Assembly: GCF_006345805.1 (NCBI RefSeq)
Contig: NC_043007.1
Location: 44,640,001 to 44,704,000, forward strand
Reading direction: 5' to 3'
Length of the DNA stretch: 64,000 nucleotides
Source of the DNA: Octopus sinensis
Taxonomy: Eukaryota
The position numbers were made by a program, and so were the translations under genes. Below, one piece after another: positions 12,510-25,529 of the stretch; position 1 is the first letter of the stretch, and each line of letters begins with the position of its first letter. The notes under the pieces are model-generated. The model searched no databases and was not told where the DNA came from. It worked only from the letters and a program-made list of their open reading frames with translations.

Positions 12510-12699
12510 GCACACACGTAATGAGATCCTTTCAGTCTCTGTCAAATCCACTCACAAAGCTAAGACTACAGTAAAAAGTCTTTACCCAAGGGTGCTGTGC
12601 AGTGGGACTGAACCCCAAACTACCAAGTTTGGAAGCAAACTGCTTACTACACAGCCATACTTGTACCTAAATAAAAGAATGTTATGACAGATGTTAATT

Positions 12700-13105
12700 T
12701 TTATTTGTTTCAGTAATTTGATTGCAGCCATACTGGAGCACTGCCTTTAAGTGAACAAATTGACCCTAGGATTTATTCTTTGTAAGCCTAGTACTTATTC
12801 TATCAGTCTCTTTTGCCGAATCGATAAGTTATGGGGACGTAAACACACCAACATTGGTGTCAAGTGATGGTAGGGTAACAAACACAGACACACAAACACA
12901 TACATACATACATACATATATATATATTTACACACACATACATATGACGTGCTTCTTTCAGTTTCTGTCTACCAATCCACTCACAAGGCTTTGGTTGGCC
13001 CAAGGCTATAGTAGAAGACACTTGCCCAAGGTGCTACGCAGTGGGACTGAACCTGGAACCATGTGGTTGGTCAGCAAGCTACTTACCACACAGCTACTCC
13101 TGCAC
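12700..13105 (-). mobile_element. SINE family A
   Basis: Reverse-complement full-length copy. Confidence 0.85.
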
Positions 13106-13144
13106 CTATTTTAATTAATTTTAATTAATTTTTTTTTTCAAATA

Positions 13145-13610
13145 GTGCAGGTGTGGCTGTGTGGTTAAGAAGCTTGCTCCCAACAATGTGATCTTGGATT
13201 CAGTATGAATGTGTTGCACCTTTGGCAAGTGTCTTCTATTACAGTCCTGGGTTGACCAAAGCGCTGTGACTGAATTTAGTAGATGGAAGCTGAAAGAAGC
13301 CTGTCATGTATGTGTATGTGTGTATGACTGAGTGTGCGTGTGTATGCGTGTGCATTCATGTGTGTATGTGTGCATGTGTGTGTGTGTGTGTGTATGTATT
13401 TATGTATATGTCTGTATTTGTGTTAGGTTTGTCCCCCAGCACTGCTTGACAACCAGTGCTGGTTTGTTTACATTCCCATAACTTATTAGTTGGCAAAAAA
13501 GACCAATAGAATAAGTACCAATCTTTAAAGAAATATGTACTGGGGTTAATCTATTTAACTAAATCCTTACCCAGTGTGGCTATAGTCCAATGACTGAAAC
13601 ATGTAAAAGA
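13145..13610 (+). mobile_element. SINE family A
   Basis: Full-length copy, head-to-head with 12700-13105. Confidence 0.8.
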
Positions 13611-14689
13611 TAGATGTCATTTTGAAAGTAAAGATGTTAACTTGATGTTGCATATTTAATCCTTTCATGACCAATATTTTTGCTGAAATACACAGTGTAT
13701 TTCACTTCATTTTGAACAAAACAGTGAAAGATCTTTTATGAGGTTGGTTGACCTGCTAAGAATAATTGTCAAATCTCTCTCAAATCACACTCCGTTATCT
13801 TAAAAGAGAGACAACTGTTTTGTCTTTGATATGCATGAAAAAAGAGTGGTGATGAAGAGAATGGTTCTGATCATACACCTACTTGATTAGGACTGAGCTG
13901 GGGGTTAAACACTAGTGACTTAATTTTGCATATAATTAAGAATTTCGTAGAGATGGGAATTTAGTAAAATAAAATATCGTTTTCATTATGATAACCTGGT
14001 GTTTTTGATATAATAAAAAAGTTCTTATGTAAAATAACTAGCTGCAGTGCTCAGTCTTGCATAAGTTAAGAGAAAATATCAAAAAATTCCACAGAACCTA
14101 TCACCTTGAAAAAATGTGCTGCTATGCAAAGATTTCCATTACTTGAGTACAAAACTGTGGCCCACAACTATAAACAAACTTGCATATGTTCACTTACTTT
14201 TAAATAAGATGGAAACCTTCAATTAAAATACAAACTCTTTGCAGCAGGTTTTGTCTGAAATGTAATGGAAAATAGGTCAGTTTCAAAACAGTGATGTCCA
14301 GAGCAAAGCTTTAAAGGAATAACAGTCATTTCCTTTGATTTCTAGATGGAAGCAAATAGGAAATAATACTTACTGACCAAAGATGAAAAAAAACGAAATT
14401 TTGTTGCACAGGGTTATCCAATGTGTCCTTTGGAAGATAGTAGATTTAGTGAAACTGTTAATCTTGCTACAAATAGGGAACAATATTGGAAGTGAAGTAA
14501 CTAGTACTCAGTGCACGATATTGTGGCCTAAAAAAGACAAAACAAAACCACAGCCATCTTTGACAAGCAAGTATGATTTAATGGTATGTATCCTTGTTTT
14601 TGCTAATTGCTTTAGATGCCTATGCAGTTTCAAGCAGATGTAAACACTCTCTTGGCCTTCCTACCCATAACCCAGCAGAACATTGAGGA

Positions 14690-14865
14690 TGTCACAGCTG
14701 GTGGGAGAGAGGACTGCACCGATACTCAGCAGGTACTCATTTCAGCTTTGTAGATTAGAGCAACATGAAATGAAGTATCTTACTCAAGGACAAGTTATGT
14801 TACCTGGTTCAAGAATTGAGCCCATGGCCTTAAGATCATGAATGTACTACTCTAACCTCTAGGCT
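14690..14865 (-). mobile_element. SINE family C (degraded)
   Basis: Homologous to the head and body of 26721-27049 (TGTCCTTGAG.AAGA.ACTT.ATTTCA.GTTGCTC). Confidence 0.55.
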
Positions 14866-15530
14866 TTGCATCATCACTACATTGTGGACTATTCCATGTG
14901 AAAACAGAAGATATTGAATAAGAGGAAGAAAATTATAGATGTGATGATGTGATTCAAACAAGATGGCTCGCCATTTGCATATTTGAAAGAAGACAGGACC
15001 AATTTCCTCAGAGGTTTTCTTTTATCTTTTAAGATTATGATATATTTTCATTTTAATATAATATTAAATATCAACACCTTTCACTTTCTTCTTTCTATTT
15101 CTTGTAATTATGGCTCCATCTTATTTCGTGTGAAAGCATCAGTAAACAGGCTTTGACTCCAAAGTGTAAATTAATTAATTTTCTTGTCTCAGCTTTTAAC
15201 ATTCAAGTTGTGAACAAGTCTGTTGAATAGGAAATTAAATTAACCATTTGTTACCATATTTCTGTTGAAATACACTGCCTTTGTTTCAATTAATTTTGAA
15301 AAAAAAAATGAAGAATTTAGTAAAATATCTAAATATCATTATTTAGATGTTGTTTGGAACATAAATCAACGATAAATTTTGATGGAAGGTTTTTAGATCA
15401 CCTTAAAACAGGAAGTTTGTATCATAGAACCAAAGCAGTCTGAGGTGTGTTGACAGCAAAAGGGTCATTGCAAAATTATTATTTTTCTTTTAAACTCAGA
15501 TTTTGTTGGAGTTCCTGCAGTCTTATCCTT

Positions 15531-15887
15531 ATTACCTCTGCCTTAGAGAAAGTGGAGGTATTGTTTTCAGTTGTGTTTGTTTGTTTGTCCATGGACAAGA
15601 TATCTCAAGAATTGCTGGATGAAACTTTCAGGGATGTTTGGCCTTGGGACTGGCATGAACTGATTAGATTTTGGGACTGATCTGATACTGGACAAGGATT
15701 CTGGAATATTTTTCCTGTTTTTTGTTTTACTGAATTTTTCAGAGCAGTCAGGTTCATTTTTAGTATTCTCGTTTGTGAGAGCAGTCGAGTTTATTTAAGA
15801 TATTCTCATTTTAAAAATCAGCTCCAGCTAATCATTGAGAGGATGTTGGTATTACCTTGGCAGAAGTTTGCACTCATTGAGTGCTCT

Positions 15888-15888
<1 letters not shown>
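15531..15888 (+). mobile_element. Helentron/HINE-like non-autonomous element
   Basis: Sub-terminal inverted CCTCTGCC/GGCAGAAG, internal (GTTT)n, GATGAAACTTTCAGG core, 3' hairpin GCACTC-ATT-GAGTGC. Confidence 0.55.
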
Positions 15889-16035
<147 letters not shown>

Positions 16036-16440
16036 ATCATTGCTTTTGCACAGCTTCTAATGCTGGAGATGTACTACAGTGTCAGCTGTTCACTACCAGT
16101 GAACTAATGTAACACCTCTTATTTTTCGAGCCCCTTCTTGTGTATTCGAGCAGTTCCAAGCAGTACTGTTTTCTGCAAGTGCTCCACCCTTATTGCAGCC
16201 CCTATTTGTTCCACGTACTTCTCAAGATTTTTGCTCACTGTTTCCAGGTCTCTGACAATTATTGGTACTACTGCTACCTTTTTCATCGACCACAACTGCT
16301 TAACTTCCCAAACTAACCTGTCATATCTCTCAACTTTTCTTCCTTCCTTATTGCATATCTTGTTGTCAGCTGGGCATGCTATATCTATGATCCAGCATAG
16401 CTTGTTTTCTTTCTCAATTAAGACTGACCGACTTCCTATT
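16036..16440 (-). pseudogene. R4/Dong-clade LINE 3' end (restriction-like endonuclease C-terminus)
   Basis: ORF 16119..16529: CWIIDIACPAD...KVERYDRL..EVKQLW...VVPIIV...LQKTVLLGTARI; abuts (TAA)n. Confidence 0.8.
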
Positions 16441-16819
16441 CTCATTGTTGTTGTTGTTGTTATCATTATTATTATAAGGAGGCAAACTGGCAGAATTGTT
16501 AGCACACAGGGCAAAATACTTAGTGGCATTTCATCTGTCTTCGTATTCTGAGTTCAAATTCCACTGATGTTGATTTTGCCTTTCATCCTTTTGGGCCTTG
16601 TGCCTATAGTAGAAAGGATTATTATTATTATCATAATTATCATTATTATTATTATGGAGTCTTCTCATTAATGTTGAGTGAGAGAGCAGTGCATGCCATT
16701 AAAGTGACACTGGGGTAAAAAAAAAAAGCCCAGCATACCCACCATGACTACTCATCTGATAAAGGTACACCAGGCACATGCATCACAACCATATGTGATC
16801 TCATATCAATGAAGGGGCT

Positions 16820-17130
16820 TTTCTTCCCATCATTTTAACGTTATCAGCTGCTGTTCCAGTTTTAGTTTGGATTTCAGCTGTTTTACAGCTTTTGTTGTTT
16901 CTTCTTTTTCTTCATAGTTGTTAGGTACTATGACTTCTTTTTTGTATTCATCAGCTTCCTTAAAAACTGGAAACAGTTTTTGTTTTGTTCGTGTTTTGTG
17001 GCTATTTGTATTAGTTTTCCTTACTTCTGAAGTAGGTATTTCTGTAGTCCTATGGTGGTTACTTTGTAATAGTTTTCTAGCTGTATAAGGCCTCTATCAC
17101 CTTTGATATGTTGTATATATAACCTTTCTG
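16820..17130 (-). pseudogene. R4/Dong LINE internal fragment
   Basis: ERLYIQHIKGDRGLIQLENYYKVTTIGLQKYL matches the RLYxxRxxGGRGL motif. Confidence 0.6.
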
Positions 17131-17389
17131 TGTCAGATTTATTATTATTATTAGTATTATCATTGTAAAGTGGTGAGTTATCAGAATTGTTAGCATGCTG
17201 GATGAAATGCTTAGTGGTATTTTGCTCATCTCTACATTCTGAGTTCAAATTCTACCAACTTTGCCTTTCATTCTTTTTAGGTCAATAAATTAAGTACTCG
17301 TGAAACACTCACGTCAATGTAATTTATTTCGTCCCCTTCCCTCAAATTTCAGGCCTTATGCTTATTGCAAAAAGGATTATTATTATTGA

Positions 17390-19110
17390 TCTTCAATATT
17401 TGATATAGTTTCATGCAAATCTCTACTGCAGCACCTGCTACACATCTGTGATGCTTAGGTGAGAGCAGCATTGTGTGTTCTTGTTTTTGTTGGTGCTGAG
17501 GGAGGACAGACTCTTCTTAGAACTGTATTGTATCAGTTGTTTTTTGCTATAGGGTTTGGCTTATTTTTTTGTTGTATTAGTGTTTGTATTTTGTGTTGTG
17601 TATGTAATCTGAGTTGCGTTCTTCTGTTGGGTGTCTGACTTGTAGTGGTATGTATTGTAGGGATTGTTTATTTTATTGGGTATTTATTGTATAGAGAGTG
17701 TATTGTCTTCGTGGATTGTTTTATTTGGATTGTGTTATTGAATTGATAGTGTCTTGTGTAGGATGTGGGCTGTTCCTAGTAGGGCAATTTGAGGTATGGC
17801 TTCTACATATTTGTTCATACATTTTTTATCATACGCAACATTCCACTTATTACTGGTATTGTTTTTACCTTCATGCTCCACATCTTGAATACTTCAATTT
17901 TGAGATCTTTGTACTTTGACAGTTTCTCCACTTTTTTGGTAATATATTGGGGTAATATTTTGGTAAGAAGAAAATGTAATGTCTATCAGCTAGCAGGTGT
18001 TATTTTTTCAATCCTTGCTTGTTATGTCTTGGTGATTAACTTTAATTTCTTTGTCAGTTTGAACAGGTACATCTCACATGATTGTGACCTGGTCGTTATT
18101 ATGTACCTTGTTTGGCACATGTTTATACAGTATTGGTGATCTAAAAACTACCTGTTAGATACTAGGTCAAATATCACGAGTGTACTACTACAGTTTCATG
18201 TGATTGGTTGATAAATCAGCTAATCAACATGAAGCAGTGGTTTTCATGATTGTTCTAGAATACAACCTTTTGTCCCTTGTAAAAACTGTTTTGATGGTCA
18301 ATTAATCACAGAGTATTGAAGGTGACTGCCTACTTCATGTGCCTCCTCTCTTGCCAGACAGATGGCCAATGGAGATTTGTGCAGATGATTTCATATACTT
18401 TTGGACTGACTGCTTGTCCAGTTTTACCCTCTCCCAGTCAGCAATTATTAATAATGTTCATTGTAAATAGCCAATACCAAATATCTTTATGCCTGAAAAT
18501 AACTATTTCAGTTAAATGTTCGCGAGTTTGCTTCAATTATTATTCACACAGCCAATGAAACATGTCTTCATTGACCAGCTCAACTCAAGCAATGACAAGC
18601 AACCACCAACAATACACTTTCTTGTTAGTTTTTATGTTCTAGTGTTGGCATATTGCCCAATGGATATAACTACTTACTTGGTCCTGTCTGTATGTATTTG
18701 GCTAGGACTGAGCCAGCAGAGATGACGTGGCCGGCACTCTCATTGTGTTGGATGCACATTCTGCATTTGGTGTTAGGGCCTGTTTTCATTATTTTGCTTC
18801 TATAGCTGTTTGTGGTCAAGCATTGGCCTTGTGCTGCGAGTATTAGTCCCTCTGTTTCTGCTTTTAATCCAGAGCTTTTGAGCCATTATTAGCTTTTAGT
18901 TGAGCTCACTTCTCTGTCAAGCTTTGCATGGTATTGGTCATGGAGTGGTTTTTCTCTCCCGTCCTTCTTTAGTAAGTTTTGTGGTTGTGTTTCCATGTTG
19001 TTTTTGTCTCTTTGATTATTTCTGCTGTCGTTGTTTGAGATCAGCAGTTTTTTTAGTTTGTTTCTGCATGAACAAAAAGAAAGGAAATGAACTTTTAACT
19101 GAACAATAAA
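17390..19110 (-). pseudogene. Degraded R4/Dong LINE 3' half (zinc knuckle, REL endonuclease, 3' UTR)
   Basis: WLKSSGLKAETEGLILAAQ...CRMC (about 18650-18880); KLSKYKDLKIEV..MW...IALLGTAHIL (about 17750-18130); TAA tail at about 17385. Confidence 0.75.
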
Positions 19111-20372
19111 TGCATAAAAATATTCCAAACAGTCTAACTGGTAGTTTTGAAGACAGTGATGATAACAACAACATTTGCACTTTAATTGCTTATTTAGTAG
19201 CTTTGTCAAAATAATTCCTGCCCCAATTGAAAACACTGGAAAGTCATTCAAAAAAGAAAAACTGGAAAGACATAAAAAAAAGAAAAGTAATGGAGATTGA
19301 CTGACGCATCAAAAAAGCCTGACAATCCAATTCGTAGTGTACCGTTAGCTAAAAGTTTTGGAATGGCACAATAAACTCTTCAATACTATAAACAAATGAG
19401 CAAACATTTAAATTATTCCTTCATGACATGATGATGGAGCAGTGTTATTACTTGCTGTAGCACCACTCTATCTTCATATGATGAGGAACAAATAAGGGTG
19501 ACAGACGAAAATGCATCGATGGATAAAGGAAAAATAAAAAAATAATGAAAAGCTGCAGAGATGGAGAAGAATAATTTCCACAAAACCATCTCAAGAGAAT
19601 AAGGAAAATAAGAATAAGACAAAGACAAAAAACTAAGATTGACTGTGATTAAAAAATCAAACAGACAACTTATTGATAAAATCACACATCTGCGGAGCCA
19701 TGATTTTCTAATGAAGTAGAACTGACAAAAGTACTGTTAGTTTTGAAATATAAGCAACATACAAAAGATAGATTGTTAGTAAAAATAAAGCAGAGACACT
19801 ATAATGAACTTGAAAGATCTTATCTTGGGTGACAAAAAATGCCAACTGGTACCTATGGATGCACTTATAAACAATACAAAGAATGGCTGACTTGGCAGGG
19901 TTGTTGGGTACTGAAACCCAACTTAGCCAGTAATGCTTCATGTCCTGTCTCATTTTAATTATGTATTAATTATTGTATTTCATCAGACTTTTTAATTATT
20001 TCCTTGCAAATATTTGTGCTTTTACAATATTTGTTCTTAATACATCCATTATATGCTGTATAAAATCTTTCACCCACTTCTCCCATCATTAGCTTTCATA
20101 TTCCAAATGTTTCTCTTTGTCATTTCTCTAGTGAAATCTTTGTATTCCCTGCATCTCTTCAAGTTCTAATGGATGACTAATAAAGAAAATCATCATCATC
20201 ATCATCATCATCAAAACAGTTTACATCCTGAGTTCAAACACTGCTGAAGTCATCTTTGCTTTTCATCCTTTTGAGATCAATAAAATAAAGTAGCATTAAG
20301 AATTGAGGTTGATGTAATTGACTTGCATTAGCCCTCAAAAATTATCTGCCTTGTGCCAAAATTAGAATGAAC

Positions 20373-20442
<70 letters not shown>

Positions 20443-21749
20443 TCACACAGCAGCTGTGTTTGTTAAATGTTAAGCTTTTTACTCATGTATTCAGTCACTC
20501 TGCACATATAAAATTCTGGATGTATTGAAAGGACAGGTTTTCTTTGGTGTCACATGGTTTAATTCTATACTGATCATACAAAGCTTTTTGATGATATTTT
20601 TAGACACTGTGCTAAGTCATCCCATTTCTGCAGTTCCAAAGCCTTTTTTAGTTTCCACTTTGAATCCTAGCATTTGTCTACATTGGCAAAAATAAATTTA
20701 AGACCGATGATAAAAGTTCTATTTCTTACAAAATATTTTGTTACTAACACCATACAAATTATTTTTATCTTTTACACCTTATGCAAAATTTATTTCTCTT
20801 TTGAAACGTTTATATTGATTTAGCATTAGAATTCTTCAAGTTGTATAAAAGTACTTATTGTCTGCATCATTCGAAAGAGAAATAAATTCTGCATAAGTTG
20901 TAAAAGATGAATGTCTTGAGTGTCTCAGTTTCTTGTCAGTCTGGATTTTCATACCCTATAAAATTTTTACCTGTTCCTTTTTTGACAACTTTTGCTGGTC
21001 TACCATTATGCCACTTTCCTAGATTTCATTTTTTTTTGTCATTACACCATAATAAACACATGCACTGATGCAATTTCACTTCTTTATTATAAGTCAATTA
21101 AGGAGTTAAATAACTAAAACTAGTCAACTGACTAATAATAAAGGAGTGAATTTGAACCAGTGCATTATGACCAGTTTATTATGACCCTCCCAAGATGCAA
21201 CAAAATTTGTTTCAGCACACAAATTAACATGAAGACTCTTGCAAACGAACTACAAAAACGAACTTTTCTGGGTGTTTTACAACAGTTTATAAAGAAAGCA
21301 AAATCAAATTTAAATTAACAATATAGAGAAATCAACATATATTTTTGAAGTATGAACCGAACAATTTCCTTAGCTTACTTTATTCCTCACCACCCTTCAA
21401 TCTAAATCTACAGCTATAACTGATATAATTTTGTCATGCCACTGGCCCTTTATATTGTTTTCATGCCAAGTTCCAATTCACTGTTACAGTGTAGGCTACT
21501 GACCCTTCTCTTTAGCGACATAATCCACATGGCAGTGATATGTCTAAATTATATTACTCTATATCTATATTCTGATTACTGGTGTCTTCATGGTATTCTT
21601 GGACAACCAATGTAACACCTACTTCAAATTCTCTTTCTTTTTATCGGCCCCCAGTCTAAGTGCTTCTAAATGTGATGCTCCTGAAGAAAATTTTAATTGT
21701 ATCCTGTTCAGTTTTCCTTTCATGCATTTCATATCTTCTTTCACCTTTC

Positions 21750-21982
21750 TTATTTCTTTAATGCTCACAAGGGGCTACATACAGAGGGGACAAACAAGGA
21801 CAGACAAACGGATTAAGTCGATTACATCGACCCCGGTGCGTAACTGGTACTTATTTAATCGACCCCGAAAGGATGAAAGGCAAAGTTGACCTCACCAGAA
21901 TTTGAACGCAGAACATAGCGACAGACGAAATACTGCTAAGTATTTCGCTTGGCGTGCTAATGTTTCTGTCAGCTCGTTGCCT
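21750..21982 (-). mobile_element. SINE family B, full length
   Basis: Reverse-complement copy with head, body and AATAAAG-like tail. Confidence 0.85.
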
Positions 21983-22249
21983 TCTTTCACCTTTCTGGCA
22001 TATATTGTCCCTACTTTTTCACAGCTCTCAACGTTATTCCTTTATTTTCTGACATGTACTTATACAAACAGTGTACATCTTGGGAGGGTCGTTATGCCAA
22101 TAATAAACAACTGATCTCATTCTATTTCACTTCTTTTATTACTTTTAGTCTAACAGTTAACCATTTAATCAATTAGTTAATTGATTGTTTCATTAATTGT
22201 TCATTCATGCATACATGCTCTCTCTCATGCATACACACACACACACACA

Positions 22250-22280
<31 letters not shown>

Positions 22281-22488
22281 TACACACACACATACACACA
22301 CACACACACACACACAAATTTTCACTCACATTCCCATAAATATAAATATAGTATCTGTATACTAGGGGAGAGACAAACCTGGAGTAGAAAGGAGATGTTA
22401 TTGATGAGGTCATGAATGGTAACAAAACGCCTCTGATGAATCTAGCTGACTGATTGATTGACCAAATGATTAATCAAACAATCTATTA

Positions 22489-23420
22489 CAGGCATACCTC
22501 ACCCTACATCATTAATTGGTTCCTGGAAACACGACTTCAGTCGTTTTTTTGACTTAAGTCGAATTAACTTGTCTCTAGGCTTGGCTTGGCTGAATTTACT
22601 TGTCTCATGGCTAAACCAATATTAACCATTCCCAATTCTGTACTCTATTTATGAATGCATTTTTAATAATACATGGTTAATAAAAATCTATTTTAAGCTT
22701 ACAAAAAATAATTTTTATTTTTTAATACAGTAAAAAAAAGTAATCTAAATTTACAAATATAATTTGGCAGTGTTTACCATACATCACGGACGCTCTATTT
22801 ATGAATGTGGTTTGCAATAAGACATGGTAAAATAAAAGTCGTTTTTAAGCTTAAAAAACAAATTCAATAATTATTATTATTTTGCAATAATAAAAAACTA
22901 AATTATTTAAAATTTACTAATATGTACATACAATTTGGTGGTTTACATCATGGATGTAGATGGCTGTGGATTGTCAACATCAACAGCTGATTCTGGATGT
23001 TCTTGTTCAATGCGCTTAGAAAAACCGGTTGAGAGTTCCTTGAACTGTCTTCTTTTCCTGAAGGATTACATTATAAGGAATAAAAGCTTCATGACATGCC
23101 CCCATAATCTTGGAAAAGCATTGAGCATTTGGATCCATATCCTTAAACATAGAAAGATCTTTTTTGATATATGTAAATGCTTGCTGCATTTTCTGAATGG
23201 TAAAATTCGACTTCCTCTTCTTCTTTATCTTGCAGCTTGTGAAGCTCTATCAAATCCTCATTCATCAAGGGCCGCTTCTCTTTTACAAATAAATCTGTGA
23301 AATCCTCCTCCTCCAAATCCATTTCCAGTTCTTTGCTCGTAGTCAACAATGTTTTGTTGATGGCAACATTATCAAACTCCTTAAAATCATTCACTATAGC
23401 CTGCACTATAGGTGGAATGT
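22489..23420 (-). mobile_element. Tigger (pogo-family) transposon remnant
   Basis: TA|CAGGCATACCTC TIR; minus ORF 23143..23406 with the acidic Tigger-like C-terminus (EEEDFTDL...LMNEDLIEL). Confidence 0.6.
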
Positions 23421-24145
23421 TTGGTGCTTATAGCGAGCATTACATATCTGTTGATGGATGCTACATCACCATTACTAAAATATATGTACAGGATATGCTG
23501 CAAACCTGCACACATCTTCAAGCACAATAAACACATGCATCATACACTTGTTTACATGATGAGAAATGTGTTTCACATAACATCCTGCAGCTTTTTTTTT
23601 CCATTTCTGTGGGAACAATAGATACACAGAATACAACACACTGCTTACCTTATAAGAATCGTGTGGCGAACACATTCCACGAAATGACAACTGGTTGTGA
23701 ACGTGAATATGATAGCACCAAGGCCGAAATGCATTCACATTATATTATTACTGTAAGTTTCATACTGATCTATTTTTTTATTACAGTTCTTGTTCCATGC
23801 CATAACATAATTTGTACTCCTTTCTGTATTAATGCAGGATTCAATTTGACATGCAGCTTTTGACGATTCCTCCTAGCTACAATGATCAGCTACAATGGGA
23901 ATCAAACCGATAACTTTTTATGAGAGAAAAAAAGCTTAAAATGCTATGGCAATTTAAACATTAAAAAAGTAGGTTAGAAAACAGAGAGCAAGGAAGAAAT
24001 TTGGTGTGAAAATTTTAAAATATTAGGTCAGAATCATGTCATAATGTCTCTTTGCAGTTCAGTTGACCTCAGTTTCTGTATAGCACCCGTGGAATACAGT
24101 CGTATGATTGAGGGTTTAAAATTTCTCCGTCGTTTTACGTAGAAA

Positions 24146-24367
24146 TGCCCTCCAGAAAAAAAACAACAAATATACAGCAACATTTAAACTAAATGTTATT
24201 GAAGTTGCTGAGAAGACAACTGTATAGCAGCAAGAGAATTTTGTGTTTCAGAGAAACTTGTGAGAGACTGGAGAAAGAAAATATGCTAACAGAAGGAAAC
24301 CTAGCAAGTGGCCACAATTGGAGAAAAAAATGCAGAGTGGGTGCTTGAAAAACGTCAAAATGGAAAG
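24146..24367 (+). pseudogene. pogo-type transposase N-terminus (Brinker-like DNA-binding domain plus start of CENP-B HTH)
   Basis: MPSRK...YTATFKLNVIEVAEK...VSEKLVRDWRK...KWPQLE...WVLEKRQNG, with frameshifts. Confidence 0.65.
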
Positions 24368-24554
24368 TGTGGGTAGCGTACGCTTAGTGAAATTCTCTCT
24401 CTCTCTGTTATAGATAACATAAACACGGACGTAGTAGATAACAGTTAACCTTCGGCCGTTTGGACCCTGTTGTGTCCACTACTCTGATTGGTTGGTATTG
24501 GCACAATTTGTCTCTTGCTCTATTACGTGCCAATGTGCAACCCAACCAATCGCA

Positions 24555-25330
24555 GCCTTCTGATAAGGTCCCATGACACAGTCTTCTAAATCTCCGTTTG
24601 GAGCCTCCTAGTTCCTATAGAAGGCTAGATCAACAAACCATATTTCGTCTTTGGTTCTAGACCCTCTAAGATCTAACCACTGACCACAGAGCACTCAGCC
24701 AGTTCCAACGACAGACTACACCAGCACCAACATGGAGAAACATCAACACTTCGTCTAGCAGCATTCAGGCCCTCCATCACCGTCGCCTTTATCTTAATGA
24801 TGCCAACAACATCTCTACGCACACAGCAACATTCGCTCAGGTTTAACTCTTACCTGTTTGTGAATACTTCACCATGGTTAACAGCAAGAACTACCAGCGA
24901 GATTTTCCTGTATCTAGTAACCGGCACAGCATAGAAGCCACAACCGCTTACACGACATGTGATTCAACAGGCTCTGCATTGTAGCCACAACTTCTTGTTA
25001 CAGAACTTCAACTATTGTGTACCTTATTACGAACTGGTATTTATCATCCTTGTGTTTGAACTTCCAGTGTCCTGTTATAGATTTTTTCTATTGCTCTGCA
25101 TTTTATCTCACACACATACACCCTTGTTTGTCCACTAATACACATTATGTATGCATGATGGCCTGTCTGTTGTTATTATTATTACTATATATGTACTTAT
25201 GTCGCACACACAGACACACACTCTGCTATCACCTAAATAAAAACCTTTCTCTTAACATTCTAACGGTTGTGTTGTCTTTCTTTCTGGCACTCATACTCGT
25301 TCATCCATTTTTGCTTTTATTGTAAGCAAC
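24555..25330 (+). mobile_element. Highly degraded Neptune-type PLE 3' end
   Basis: RRLDQQTIFRL... resembles the RLHLEQRFIFLLRTL C-terminus of the 54.5-kb GIY-YIG; followed by a pyrimidine/CA-rich tail. Confidence 0.4.
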
Positions 25331-25529
25331 TGTGCGATGTATTAAAAAAGTCAGTCATTCATCACCTCTCATTTTGCACAGTCATTCTACATGTATTATT
25401 CATGAAGTCATCCAAATTTATGCATGAAAAGAATCAAAGAATGATGGAATTTCAGATTTTAAAGCAAGTGCTAGGTAAACGAGCACTAGGTCAATGAGAC
25501 GTACTTTGGCAGACAACTAAAATCACACA

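Noticed and set aside
14412-14583. Candidate plus-strand exon (ttgttgcacag| ... ATG|gtatgt, one open frame)
   Set aside because: Peptide not recognisable and no compatible neighbouring exons. The opposite strand has equally good splice sites (14373-14527) with stops in all frames. Needs RNA-seq.
24406-25257. Possible solo LTR (TGTTA...TAACA with AATAAA)
   Set aside because: No TSD, and the interior matches a degraded PLE C-terminus better.
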